DNA from: Bacteroidota bacterium
Lineage (GTDB): Bacteria > Bacteroidota > Bacteroidia > Chitinophagales > Saprospiraceae
NCBI GenBank assembly: GCA_024642705.1
Contig: JAHEAQ010000007.1
Coordinates: 14,204-78,203 of the forward strand
Reading direction: 5' to 3'
Length of the DNA stretch: 64,000 nt
Shown here piece by piece: positions 28,635 through 37,604 of the stretch; the stretch's first letter is position 1; the number at the start of each line of letters is the position of its first letter. The notes below the pieces were generated by a model. That model had not been told where the DNA came from and searched no databases. It saw only the letters and a program-made list of their open reading frames with translations. The position numbers and the translations under genes are program-made.

Positions 28635-29743
28635 GTCATAAATTGAATACAATTGAGGAGGCAATTCAAGAAATCAAACAAGGAAAAATAATAATTGTTG
28701 TGGATGACGAGGATAGAGAAAATGAAGGTGATTTTATATGTGCTGCCGAAATAGTAACGCCTGAGATGATCAATTTCATGGCTACCCATGGAAGAGGATT
28801 GATTTGCACTCCAATTGATGAAGACAGAGCCGACGAACTAGGACTTAAAATGATGGTGGGAGATAATACAGCATTGCATGAAACTGCATTTACTGTTTCT
28901 ATTGATTTAATTGGACAGGGTTGCACCACAGGAATATCTGCTTATGATAGAGCCACTGGGATTAGGGCAATTGTGAATCCAGCAACCAAGGCGACAGATT
29001 TTGCTAGGCCAGGGCATATTTTTCCTTTAAGAGCGAAAAAAGGAGGTGTTTTAAGACGGACTGGTCATACTGAAGCTGCTATTGACTTGGCAAAGCTAGC
29101 TGGTTACGCTCCTGCTGGCGTTCTAGTCGAGATATTAAATGCTGATGGAACAATGGCCAGATTACCTCAATTAATGGAGATAGCTCAATTGCATAATTTA
29201 AAAATAATTGCAATCAAAGATCTTGTTGAATATAGAATGCGTAATGAACGTATTATCACAAAAGAAATTGAGTTGGATGTGCCTTCAAAATTGGGTAATT
29301 TCAAAGTTGCTGTGTATTCACAGATAACGACTGGAGATAGGCATTTGGCTATTTATAAAGGGGATATAAAAGAAAATGAACCAGTGCTTGTAAGAGTTCA
29401 TTCTCAAACTGAAACAGGGGATATTCTAGGTACTTTATTTGGAGAATATGGCACGCAATTGCAGGCTAGTTTGAAATTGATTGAGAAAGAGGGTGTCGGC
29501 GTTTTGTTGTATATTAGGCATGGTGAGAAAGGAGATTCACTCATTTCAAAATTGAAGGAATTGGATAATAATCCTACAAATGACCCTCTAAAAAAGGTAG
29601 AACAGAGAGATTTTGGTGTTGGAGCTCAGATTTTGAGAGATTTGGATGTAAAATTGATTAAGTTGATTACAAATAATCCAAAAAAGAGGATTGGTTTGAT
29701 TGGATATGGTTTGGAAATAGTAGAAAATGTTCCTTTGGATTAA
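28631..29743 (+). CDS. ribBA: 3,4-dihydroxy-2-butanone-4-phosphate synthase fused to a GTP-cyclohydrolase-II-like C-terminal domain
   Basis: RibB core [20 protein letters not shown]...[10 protein letters not shown]. The C-terminal half is GCHII-like but lacks the CxxGHxxECxC zinc-binding cysteines. ATGA overlap with the upstream GT4 gene. Confidence 0.85.
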   Translation: MSHKLNTIEEAIQEIKQGKIIIVVDDEDRENEGDFICAAEIVTPEMINFMATHGRGLICTPIDEDRADELGLKMMVGDNTALHETAFTVSIDLIGQGCTTGISAYDRATGIRAIVNPATKATDFARPGHIFPLRAKKGGVLRRTGHTEAAIDLAKLAGYAPAGVLVEILNADGTMARLPQLMEIAQLHNLKIIAIKDLVEYRMRNERIITKEIELDVPSKLGNFKVAVYSQITTGDRHLAIYKGDIKENEPVLVRVHSQTETGDILGTLFGEYGTQLQASLKLIEKEGVGVLLYIRHGEKGDSLISKLKELDNNPTNDPLKKVEQRDFGVGAQILRDLDVKLIKLITNNPKKRIGLIGYGLEIVENVPLD

Positions 29744-30318
29744 TTTTTAAATGTTGACTATTTTTAAAATAGAAATCATTAAAGTAATTAATGAATATAT
29801 ACAAGAAAAAGATGCAGCTAAAAAGGGTAGATGTTAAAAATGTGATTGTAAAACATCCGTTTTGAGCTATCTCAAAATTATGTATCAATTTGTATATTCT
29901 GCGTCACGGAGAGATTTCACATTATAAAATGAATAACTTTTCCTTCTCAAAATTACTAAGAGAATTTCTTTTTTTAGAGATTGAGACTTACAATTTAATG
30001 ATCATTGAGATTTTGAGGTTCTACAATCGAAAATAACTTAAATGTTATTTCTAAGCATATTCAAATCAAAATTGGGCTATAAAATATAGGATTTAAAGAA
30101 TCAATAAAATCTGATTTTACGATTTGCAAATTTTATTACAATTGATAAGAAACTAAAATTTTTTAGATTTAAAAAATTGGAATTTATAATTAAGATAAAG
30201 AAGTGGATAGGAATTTAAAAGATGGGACTTGAACAATTAATTAAGACATAGGAATTGTGTTTTTTTTGGATAAAAAAGTTCAAAAATTGAAAAGACAACA
30301 TTTTTTTAGGCATTTTGA

Positions 30319-31065
30319 TTACCAAGGAGGAAAATATCCATTGGAATGCAGGAATTTCAGTTGAAAAAGAAGATAATTCTGCTTTCTAATGTTTGCCGGC
30401 GGCAAGAAGTTGAAACAACCTCGCAAGTCTATTCTGAAGTAAGGCCAGAAATTTGAAAATATTGTATGGAAATTTCTAAATCCTTTTTCCCCATAGAAAA
30501 TTAAACTACTACATTCACCTTCATTATTTCTAAAGTTGCATTTTTTTTCAGCTTGCCAATCCGATTCGAAGCAAAACAAAGGTTCCTGATTATTTAATTT
30601 ATTAATCCAATTTTTTAAATCTACTTCAGATTCTAATAGAATTTTTAAATACCTCCTTCCAAAAAGGCTACCACATCTTTTGTATTTGTAATTAAAATAT
30701 TTAGCATAACTATTTAGCATGTTAGAAACTTCCTGAGAAAAAATTTCGTAAGTTTCAGGATACACACTATGGACAATTCCATTTTGAAAATCATTCATTC
30801 GTTGCTGATATTTAACATTTTTTGATTCTATCATTTTAGTTTCAAAAAATTTCTCAATTATATTTCTGCTATTTACGCGTATTAATATTTGAAATTGATT
30901 GTGCAAAAATGAATAGGCATAGATTTCGCAAATTCCAGAAAGATATTTTTCAATGTTTGATTGAAAAAATTCTACATCTGATTGTTCAAAAAAAATTGGA
31001 TTTCGAGCAACACCAAAATTTGAAATTACGTAAACATGTCCTCCACATACATGATCGATTTTCAT
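30319..31065 (-). CDS. Hypothetical protein, paralog of 20306..20989; degenerate IS200/RAYT-like fold (HuH replaced by QFQ)
   Basis: GHVYVISNFGVARNPIFF aligns to RAYT/IS200 N-terminal strands; AYSFLHNQFQILIRV occupies the HuH position with Q-F-Q. Confidence 0.5.
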   Translation of the reverse strand: MKIDHVCGGHVYVISNFGVARNPIFFEQSDVEFFQSNIEKYLSGICEIYAYSFLHNQFQILIRVNSRNIIEKFFETKMIESKNVKYQQRMNDFQNGIVHSVYPETYEIFSQEVSNMLNSYAKYFNYKYKRCGSLFGRRYLKILLESEVDLKNWINKLNNQEPLFCFESDWQAEKKCNFRNNEGECSSLIFYGEKGFRNFHTIFSNFWPYFRIDLRGCFNFLPPANIRKQNYLLFQLKFLHSNGYFPPW

Positions 31066-31225
31066 AATAATTTTTATTTATCTATAACCCAAATAATAAA
31101 CTTATTTAGGAGGCAAAAAAAAGGTCACCTATGTATTAGTGTTTTTTATGTTGAATTCGTTACCTATTTTTTGATTTTTTTTAGAATTTTATTTTTTTCT
31201 ATTTTGAACTAAATACATATTCAGC

Positions 31226-31266
31226 AAAAAAAAAAAGGAAACTGCAAAATGCAATTTCCTTTTTTG
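31226..31266. terminator. Bidirectional rho-independent terminator after the NfeD–flotillin operon
   Basis: aaaaaaaaaaa-ggaaactgcaaaatgcaatttcc-tttttt: an imperfect hairpin flanked by an A-run and a T-run. Confidence 0.5.
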
Positions 31267-31289
31267 ATGGTAATATCTTGTAAACAAGC

Positions 31290-32711
31290 CTAAGCTTCTT
31301 TTTTAATTTGAGCAGCGGGTTTTAACTGGATAGGTTCCTTTTCTTTTTTACTTTTTATTAAAGCTTCAGGAAGGCTCATTCCTGATTGTTCAAGAAAATC
31401 ATTCAATTGCGGAAGCATTCCGTAAAGTCCTTGAACAAAATTACCCATGCCATCTCCTGAACCATTATCATAAACAACAATTTTGTCAATTTTCAAATCC
31501 TTTATTGCTTCTACTTGTATTTTAGCTATGTCTGCTAATTTATCTACCATTAAATATCCAATCGCACTTTGCGCATCTCCACCAGCTGCATCAACTAATT
31601 TTTTGAATCCTTCAGCCTGACTAGATAATAATTCTTGAATACCTTCTGCTTGAGCTCTATATTTTGCTAAAACAGCAGTTGCTTCGCCATTTGCAATTTC
31701 AATATTTGTTTCAGCTTGTGCTTTAGCTTTAATAACAGCTTTTTCTTTTTCGATATCTGCCTCAACAACTTCATCAGCCTGCTTTCTAGCTTTTTCCATA
31801 TCAAATCGCGCCATTTCTGACTCCTTTTCAGCAAGATATGCCTCTTGAAGTGCCTTCGCAGATGCTACTTTTCGTGCAGCTGTTGCCTTTCTTTCTGACT
31901 CAGCAATTTGAATATCCCTTTCTGCATCTGAAATTGCCACTTTTATTGCTGCCTCATTTTTTCCTGCCTTGGCTTGCCCTTCAGCATCCGCTTCTCCAAT
32001 TTCAGCTTTTGAATTTGCGTCAGAAACCTTTATTCTCTGCTCCCTTTGGGCTTCAGCTTCACCTATAGATCCAGTTTTTAATTCTTGAGCTACTTTTACT
32101 TTTGCATCATTAATGGCCTTGGCAGCAGCTTCCTTACCTAATGCTTGTATATATCCTGATTCATCATGGATGTCAGTAACATTCACGTTGATCAATTCTA
32201 GACCTATTTTATTTAACTCATCCCCAACATGAGCATAAACAGACTCTACAAATTTATCTCTATCAGAATTTAATTCTTCAATTCTCATATTTGCTATTAC
32301 GAGCCTCATCTGACCCATTATAATATCCTGAGACAATGCTGCAATACTATTTCTTTCTAAACCAAGAAGTCGTTCTGCAGCTGAAACCATCAAATTTGGC
32401 TTGTTGCTTATACCAACTGTAAATTGTGCTGGGACAGAAACTCTAATATTTTGATTGGATAATGCGTCCTTCAAGTTGACATCTATGGATAATGGAGTCA
32501 AGTCCATATAGCGGTAATCTTGAATAACTGGCCACACAAAAGCCGCACCACCTGCATAACATTTAGCGCTTGCTCCACCACCTGTTTTTCCGTAAACAAC
32601 TAGTATTTTATCACTGGGACACCTTTTATACCTGCTAATTATGAAAATTAGAAATAAAAAGATAAGGCCAACTATGGCCCCAAAAACAATTAGTAAATTA
32701 TTCTCCATCAT
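31290..32711 (-). CDS. Flotillin / SPFH (band-7) family protein
   Basis: N-terminal TM, SPFH domain, and a long Ala/Glu-rich coiled coil (EAAAKAINDAKVKVAQELKTGSIGEAEAQREQRIK...) typical of flotillin (YqiK/FloA-like). Confidence 0.85.
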   Translation of the reverse strand: MMENNLLIVFGAIVGLIFLFLIFIISRYKRCPSDKILVVYGKTGGGASAKCYAGGAAFVWPVIQDYRYMDLTPLSIDVNLKDALSNQNIRVSVPAQFTVGISNKPNLMVSAAERLLGLERNSIAALSQDIIMGQMRLVIANMRIEELNSDRDKFVESVYAHVGDELNKIGLELINVNVTDIHDESGYIQALGKEAAAKAINDAKVKVAQELKTGSIGEAEAQREQRIKVSDANSKAEIGEADAEGQAKAGKNEAAIKVAISDAERDIQIAESERKATAARKVASAKALQEAYLAEKESEMARFDMEKARKQADEVVEADIEKEKAVIKAKAQAETNIEIANGEATAVLAKYRAQAEGIQELLSSQAEGFKKLVDAAGGDAQSAIGYLMVDKLADIAKIQVEAIKDLKIDKIVVYDNGSGDGMGNFVQGLYGMLPQLNDFLEQSGMSLPEALIKSKKEKEPIQLKPAAQIKKEA

Positions 32712-32728
32712 ATTGGTTTTTTTAATTT

Positions 32729-33262
32729 TTATTTATAAAGCGTTACTTTGGCAATCTCTTCAGCTACTTGATGAACAAGAATTTCAGACCCAGATGGTAT
32801 TTCAACTTCATCCAAAGAAACAGCCTTTAGTTCTCTATTCACTCCATTAATTTCAATATTCACGATTCCAGTTCCTTTTTCAGGTATTTTTAAATATACT
32901 TTTCCAGTTTTTCCTTCAGCTTCGTGAAATTCCCAATTCACATTTGATTGCATTCTTAGAAAAAATCTAAGTACCCAAGCTAAAATTAATACTGTTCCTA
33001 TTCCTACTCCTATTGAAACAAGTAAGGTTAAAATTGGATTTACTGCTGCATTTAACAAAATGTAAGCAACCCATGAGAAAAATGTAAGAAAAGTTAAAAT
33101 AGATTTCACAATTCCTAAGCCTCCAGCATCTATGTCTATGTTTCCTACATCAATATCCATTTCCATGTCTATTCCACCAATCAAAGAAAGTAACAATAAT
33201 AATGTTAGCAACCCTCCTGAAAAAATAGCCACGTAATAACTTATTTGGATTAACAATTCCAT
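32729..33262 (-). CDS. NfeD-like (YqiJ-like) membrane protein, flotillin partner
   Basis: Three or four TM helices followed by a C-terminal OB-fold-like beta domain (GKVYLKIPEKGTGIVNIEINGV...). 17 bp upstream of flotillin. Confidence 0.6.
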   Translation of the reverse strand: MELLIQISYYVAIFSGGLLTLLLLLSLIGGIDMEMDIDVGNIDIDAGGLGIVKSILTFLTFFSWVAYILLNAAVNPILTLLVSIGVGIGTVLILAWVLRFFLRMQSNVNWEFHEAEGKTGKVYLKIPEKGTGIVNIEINGVNRELKAVSLDEVEIPSGSEILVHQVAEEIAKVTLYK

Positions 33263-33519
33263 AATGAAATATTAAGTACGATTAGATTATTACACTAATA
33301 AATGAAAATTATTTTAATCTGGTTCCAAATTAAATTTAAGTTAGTCGAATATTTTCAAAATACCATAGAAATTTAATAAGAATCGTTTACTAACTTTTAT
33401 CCTACCTATTTTTAAATAAAAAACATTTTCAAAAAACGTGTTTTGGTTTTGCATTATTTCTTTTAAAGAAAGGAATTCTGTATCTTTTTTTTTTATTTAA
33501 AAATTGTAAAACAAAGACT

Positions 33520-36500
33520 ATGAATACAAAAACAATTCTATTATTAGTTGGATTTTTATTTCTGAGTTATACTGCTTTCCCGCAAAGAAGAGCTCAAGTA
33601 ATGCAGGATGATTCAACAAATAATAAGAAAGATTCAAAAGAACTTAATCTTTCTGGACTAAAAATGCGAAACATCACGCCTGGTTATTTTTCAGGAAGGA
33701 TTTCTGATATTGCAATTCATCCCAAAAATGGCAATGTTTGGTATGTTACTGCTGGTTCTGGGGGAGTATGGAAAACTGAAAATGCTGGAACTACCTTTAC
33801 CTCTATTTTCGATGGAGAAAAATCTTATTCCATTGGTTGCATTACCATAGATCCGAATAACAATCATACGGTATGGGTTGGCACTGGGGAAAATGTTGGT
33901 GGTCGACATGTTGCATTTGGTGACGGGGTATATAAAAGTGAAGATGATGGGAAATCTTGGAAAAATATGGGTCTTGAAAAATCTGAGCATATTTCAAAAA
34001 TATTAGTCCATCCGGGAAATTCTGATGTTATTTATGTGGCTGCTCAAGGACCATTATGGACAAAAGGAGGAGAAAGAGGCTTTTATAAATCCTCAGATGG
34101 CGGAAAAACTTGGAAAAGAACACTCGGAAATGAAGAATGGACTGGTGTGACAGACATCGTTTTAGATCCTACGAATCCTATGGTGATTTATGCAGCTACT
34201 TGGGATAGGCACCGGACAATAGCAGCATATATGGGTGGAGGCCCTGGGTCAGGGATTCACAGGAGCCTTGATGGAGGTGAAACATGGGAAAAATTGACTT
34301 CTGGTATTCCTGGTTCCAATCTTGGAAAAATTGGATTAGCAATTAACCCTTTCAACCATGAAATGGTATATGCGGCTATAGAATTGGATAGAAAAAAAGG
34401 TGGCTTATACATGTCCGAAAATATGGGGAAATCATGGAAAAAACAATCCGATGCTGTATCTGGGGGAACTGGTCCACATTATTATCAAGAACTATATGCT
34501 TCGCCACATCAAGAAGGTAAATTATACTTGATGGATGTGAGAATTCAAGTATCTGATAATCATGGTAAATCATTCAGAAATATGACTGAGAATGACAAAC
34601 ATTCTGATAATCATGCAATTGCATTCAAAGAAAATGAACCTGATTATTTATTGGTAGGAACAGACGCTGGCTTATACCAAAGTTATGACAACGCAGAAAA
34701 TTGGTCTTTTTTTGAAAATTTACCTTTAACGCAATATTATAAAGTTGCAGTAGACGATGCAGAACCTTTTTATTGGGTATATGGTGGAACCCAAGATAAT
34801 GGTTCGCATGGTGGACCTTCAAGAACAGATACGGATCATGGGGTTCGAAATTCTGACTGGATAAAAACCCTTGGAGCTGATGGCCATCAATCCGCAACAG
34901 AACCTGGAAATCCAAATATTATTTATGCGGAAACGCAGCAGGGTGGTATGCACAGAATTGATAGAATAACTGGAGAACAAACACCAATTCAACCTGAATC
35001 AAAACCGGGTGAAAAATTTGAAAGATTCAATTGGGACGCTCCTATAGTCGTTAGTCCTCATAATCCTCAAAGGTTATATTTTGCTTCCTATAGGGTTTGG
35101 AAATCAGATGATAGAGGGGATAGTTGGACTGCAATTTCAGGAGATTTAACAAAAGACCAAGAAAGAATGTCACTACCTATTATGGGAAGGCAGCAAAGTT
35201 GGGATAACGCTTGGGATGTGAACGCAATGAGTGATTACAATACCATTTCTTCCTTAGCAGAATCTCCTTTAAAAGCAGGGTTGATTTTCGCAGGAACAGA
35301 TGATGGTATTTTTCAAATGACAGAAAATGATGGAAAATCCTGGACAAAAAAAGAATTGAGTTCTATTCAAGGTATTGCTCCAACAGCTTTTATTAATAAT
35401 ATTTACCCAGATTTATTTGACGAAAATACAGTTTATTTTGCCGCTGATAATCATAAATATGGAGATTTTAAGCCCTATTTATTTAAAAGTACGGACAAAG
35501 GCAAAACTTGGAATTCTATGGTGGGTAATCTGCCTGATAAATTATTGGTCTGGAGAATGGTTCAAGATCATGTAAATCCAAAATTGATGTTTATTGCAAC
35601 AGAATTTGGAATTTATTTTACAATTGATGGAGGAACAAAATGGACTAAAATTAAAGCTGGCGTTCCAAATATTTCATTTAGAGATATCACTATTCAAAGA
35701 AGAGAGAATGATTTAGTAGCTGCATCTTTTGGCAGAGGATTTTTTATCCTTGATGACTATACGCCACTAAGAACCATAAGCGATGAAATTTTAGCTAAAG
35801 AAACGCATCTCTTTGAAATCAAAGATGCAAATTGGTATTCTCCAAAAAATGTAGAGGGGGATCTTGGGACAACTCGATATTCTGGTCAAAATCCTGAGGA
35901 AGGTGCTACTTTTACCTATTATGTTAAAGATGATTATACTTCCTCCGCAAGCGAAAGAAAAAAAGCAGAAAAAAAGTTAAATAAAGATGGCAAAGACATT
36001 CCTTTTCCAGGTTGGGATGCCTTGGAAAGTGAAGCACGAGAAGAAGGTGTTATGTTGGTATTTACAATTAAAGATGCAGAAGGTGAAATCGTTAATATTC
36101 TTGAACAGAAACCTTCAAAAGGTATAAATCGAATGAATTGGAATATGCGATATATGTCGAAAAATGGAGTGCAAATTCCACAAGGAAGCCAAGGAGGTCA
36201 GGGAGGCAGAGGATTTAGACGTGGAGGCGGCGGATTTTTAGCCCAACCTGGAGTTTATTCCGTAAATATTGCAAAAAAACAAAATGGTGAAATAGTTGAT
36301 TTAGGTGAAACCAGAACATTTAATTTAGTTCCTTTGAGAGAAGGTGCTTTGAAAGGTATGGATTCCCAAGATGTAATTGCATTCAGAAAAGATTTTGAAA
36401 AATTCCAACAAGACATTACAGCAACTTCAACCATATTGAACAATTCTGGGAGAAAGTTGGAAGCATTAAAAATTGCTTCTGGAAGAGTGGATAGTGATTA

Positions 36501-36831
36501 TGCAGCCATCACAAAGTTAATTTATGATGCCAATTTAGCTTTAAAGGATATTGAAAAGAAGTTAAATGGAGATGCAATAAAAGATGAGATTGGTGAAAGA
36601 TATGCTCCAACACCAAGGTCTTCGATGTTTGCTGGTTATAGAGCTTTAAATTCAACCTATGGACCAACAAAAAATCAGATTGAAATAATAAATGGAGCTA
36701 AGGGTCAATTAGAAGGTATTAAAAGAGAAATCACTTCTTTTAATGATAATTTGGACGCAATTGAAAAGGCCTTAATTGCTGCAGGTGCTCCGTGGATAGA
36801 AGGACAAGGATTGATAAGTACTAAATCATAG
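33520..36831 (+). CDS. Sortilin/VPS10-type BNR-repeat beta-propeller protein (secreted, glycoside-hydrolase-like)
   Basis: Signal peptide; repeated BNR/Asp-box-like SxDxGxTW motifs (SEDDGKSW, SSDGGKTW, SLDGGETW, STDKGKTW, TIDGGTKW). 1103 aa. Confidence 0.8.
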   Translation: MNTKTILLLVGFLFLSYTAFPQRRAQVMQDDSTNNKKDSKELNLSGLKMRNITPGYFSGRISDIAIHPKNGNVWYVTAGSGGVWKTENAGTTFTSIFDGEKSYSIGCITIDPNNNHTVWVGTGENVGGRHVAFGDGVYKSEDDGKSWKNMGLEKSEHISKILVHPGNSDVIYVAAQGPLWTKGGERGFYKSSDGGKTWKRTLGNEEWTGVTDIVLDPTNPMVIYAATWDRHRTIAAYMGGGPGSGIHRSLDGGETWEKLTSGIPGSNLGKIGLAINPFNHEMVYAAIELDRKKGGLYMSENMGKSWKKQSDAVSGGTGPHYYQELYASPHQEGKLYLMDVRIQVSDNHGKSFRNMTENDKHSDNHAIAFKENEPDYLLVGTDAGLYQSYDNAENWSFFENLPLTQYYKVAVDDAEPFYWVYGGTQDNGSHGGPSRTDTDHGVRNSDWIKTLGADGHQSATEPGNPNIIYAETQQGGMHRIDRITGEQTPIQPESKPGEKFERFNWDAPIVVSPHNPQRLYFASYRVWKSDDRGDSWTAISGDLTKDQERMSLPIMGRQQSWDNAWDVNAMSDYNTISSLAESPLKAGLIFAGTDDGIFQMTENDGKSWTKKELSSIQGIAPTAFINNIYPDLFDENTVYFAADNHKYGDFKPYLFKSTDKGKTWNSMVGNLPDKLLVWRMVQDHVNPKLMFIATEFGIYFTIDGGTKWTKIKAGVPNISFRDITIQRRENDLVAASFGRGFFILDDYTPLRTISDEILAKETHLFEIKDANWYSPKNVEGDLGTTRYSGQNPEEGATFTYYVKDDYTSSASERKKAEKKLNKDGKDIPFPGWDALESEAREEGVMLVFTIKDAEGEIVNILEQKPSKGINRMNWNMRYMSKNGVQIPQGSQGGQGGRGFRRGGGGFLAQPGVYSVNIAKKQNGEIVDLGETRTFNLVPLREGALKGMDSQDVIAFRKDFEKFQQDITATSTILNNSGRKLEALKIASGRVDSDYAAITKLIYDANLALKDIEKKLNGDAIKDEIGERYAPTPRSSMFAGYRALNSTYGPTKNQIEIINGAKGQLEGIKREITSFNDNLDAIEKALIAAGAPWIEGQGLISTKS

Positions 36832-36864
36832 CTAATAATCCTGGTTATTCTTTTTAGATTCCTA

Positions 36865-36907
36865 TTCTTAAGTTAATCATTCAACTTAAGAATGGGAATT
36901 TTTTTTT
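36865..36907 (+). terminator. Rho-independent terminator after the VPS10-like gene
   Basis: Perfect 10-bp stem ttcttaagtt / aacttaagaa (loop aatcattc) followed by tgggaa and a T9 run. Confidence 0.5.
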
Positions 36908-36979
36908 AAGGTGCTTTCTTTTGGGCTAAACCATTCAGCTAAAAATTGAAAAAATGCCAATTTCTTGAACCACCTGTTT

Positions 36980-37227
36980 TTTAAACCCTCATTTTGCATT
37001 GGGGCTTCGCAATGAAACTTGAAATGACCATAAAAAATGAACAAACGATACAAAGCAATTTTAATGAAATTAAAATAGGCAGAGAACCGATAGAAAACCT
37101 GTCGAAAGGGATGGCCTGACTAAATCATAGTTACCACTATGGTGCATGACTAAAACTTATTGCAGCGGTATATTTTGTATTCATTTCCAGTAGGAATAGA
37201 ATGTCTAATGCAAAATGCGGGTTTAAA
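36980..37227 (+). repeat. Copy B of the roughly 250-bp MITE-like or structured element with 21-bp terminal inverted repeats
   Basis: Left end tttaaaccctcattttgcatt and right end aatgcaaaatgcgggtttaaa are inverted repeats with one mismatch. About 90% identical to the reverse complement of copy A. Internal hairpins are retained, including a G·U-compatible change ccgatag/ctgtcga versus ccgacag/ctgtcgg. Confidence 0.8.
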
Positions 37228-37339
37228 TTGGGAATCCTTTCTTTTTGGAATTCTACTAAGTTCAATATTTTTCTACTTTAACTTTTTTGATTGGTAAATT
37301 AATCTATTATATTAACACCTCAGAATTAAATACAACTGA

Positions 37340-37597
37340 ATGGAAGAGCATACGCACAAGAAATATTGGCAGAGGAATCTAAAATACTTAGCCCTTTTAT
37401 TACTAATTTGGTTTATTGTCTCTTATGGTTGCGGCATTTTATTTGCTGATCAACTAAATGAAATAAATTTTATTGGTTTTCCTCTTGGATTTTGGTTCGC
37501 CCAGCAAGGATCAATTTATGTATTTGTAATTTTAATATTCATATATGTAAGGTTGATGAATAAACTTGATCATGAATTTGATGTCGACGAAATATAA
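37340..37597 (+). CDS. DUF4212-type small membrane protein (accessory subunit of sodium:solute symporter)
   Basis: 85 aa with two TM segments, immediately upstream (7 bp) of an SSS-family permease, the conserved genomic arrangement for this family. Confidence 0.7.
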   Translation: MEEHTHKKYWQRNLKYLALLLLIWFIVSYGCGILFADQLNEINFIGFPLGFWFAQQGSIYVFVILIFIYVRLMNKLDHEFDVDEI

Positions 37598-37604
37598 ATA
37601 AATT

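Noticed and set aside
29667-29888. 73-aa ORF from the six-frame track in the ribB downstream spacer
   Set aside because: It overlaps the ribB(A) 3' end on the opposite strand, is low-complexity (Phe/Ile/Asn-rich, typical of AT-rich non-coding DNA), and has no ribosome-binding context. It is treated as spurious.
12760-36979. The 24-kb segment between the two inverted element copies considered as a composite transposon or genomic island
   Set aside because: Its content is ordinary chromosomal genes (cytochrome c/SCO1, cry-DASH, GH3, sulfatase, GT4s, ribB, flotillin, VPS10-like). There is no integrase, transposase with an intact catalytic motif, tRNA target or direct repeats. The inverted copies are more simply independent MITE insertions that could mediate inversion, which I report as a finding instead.
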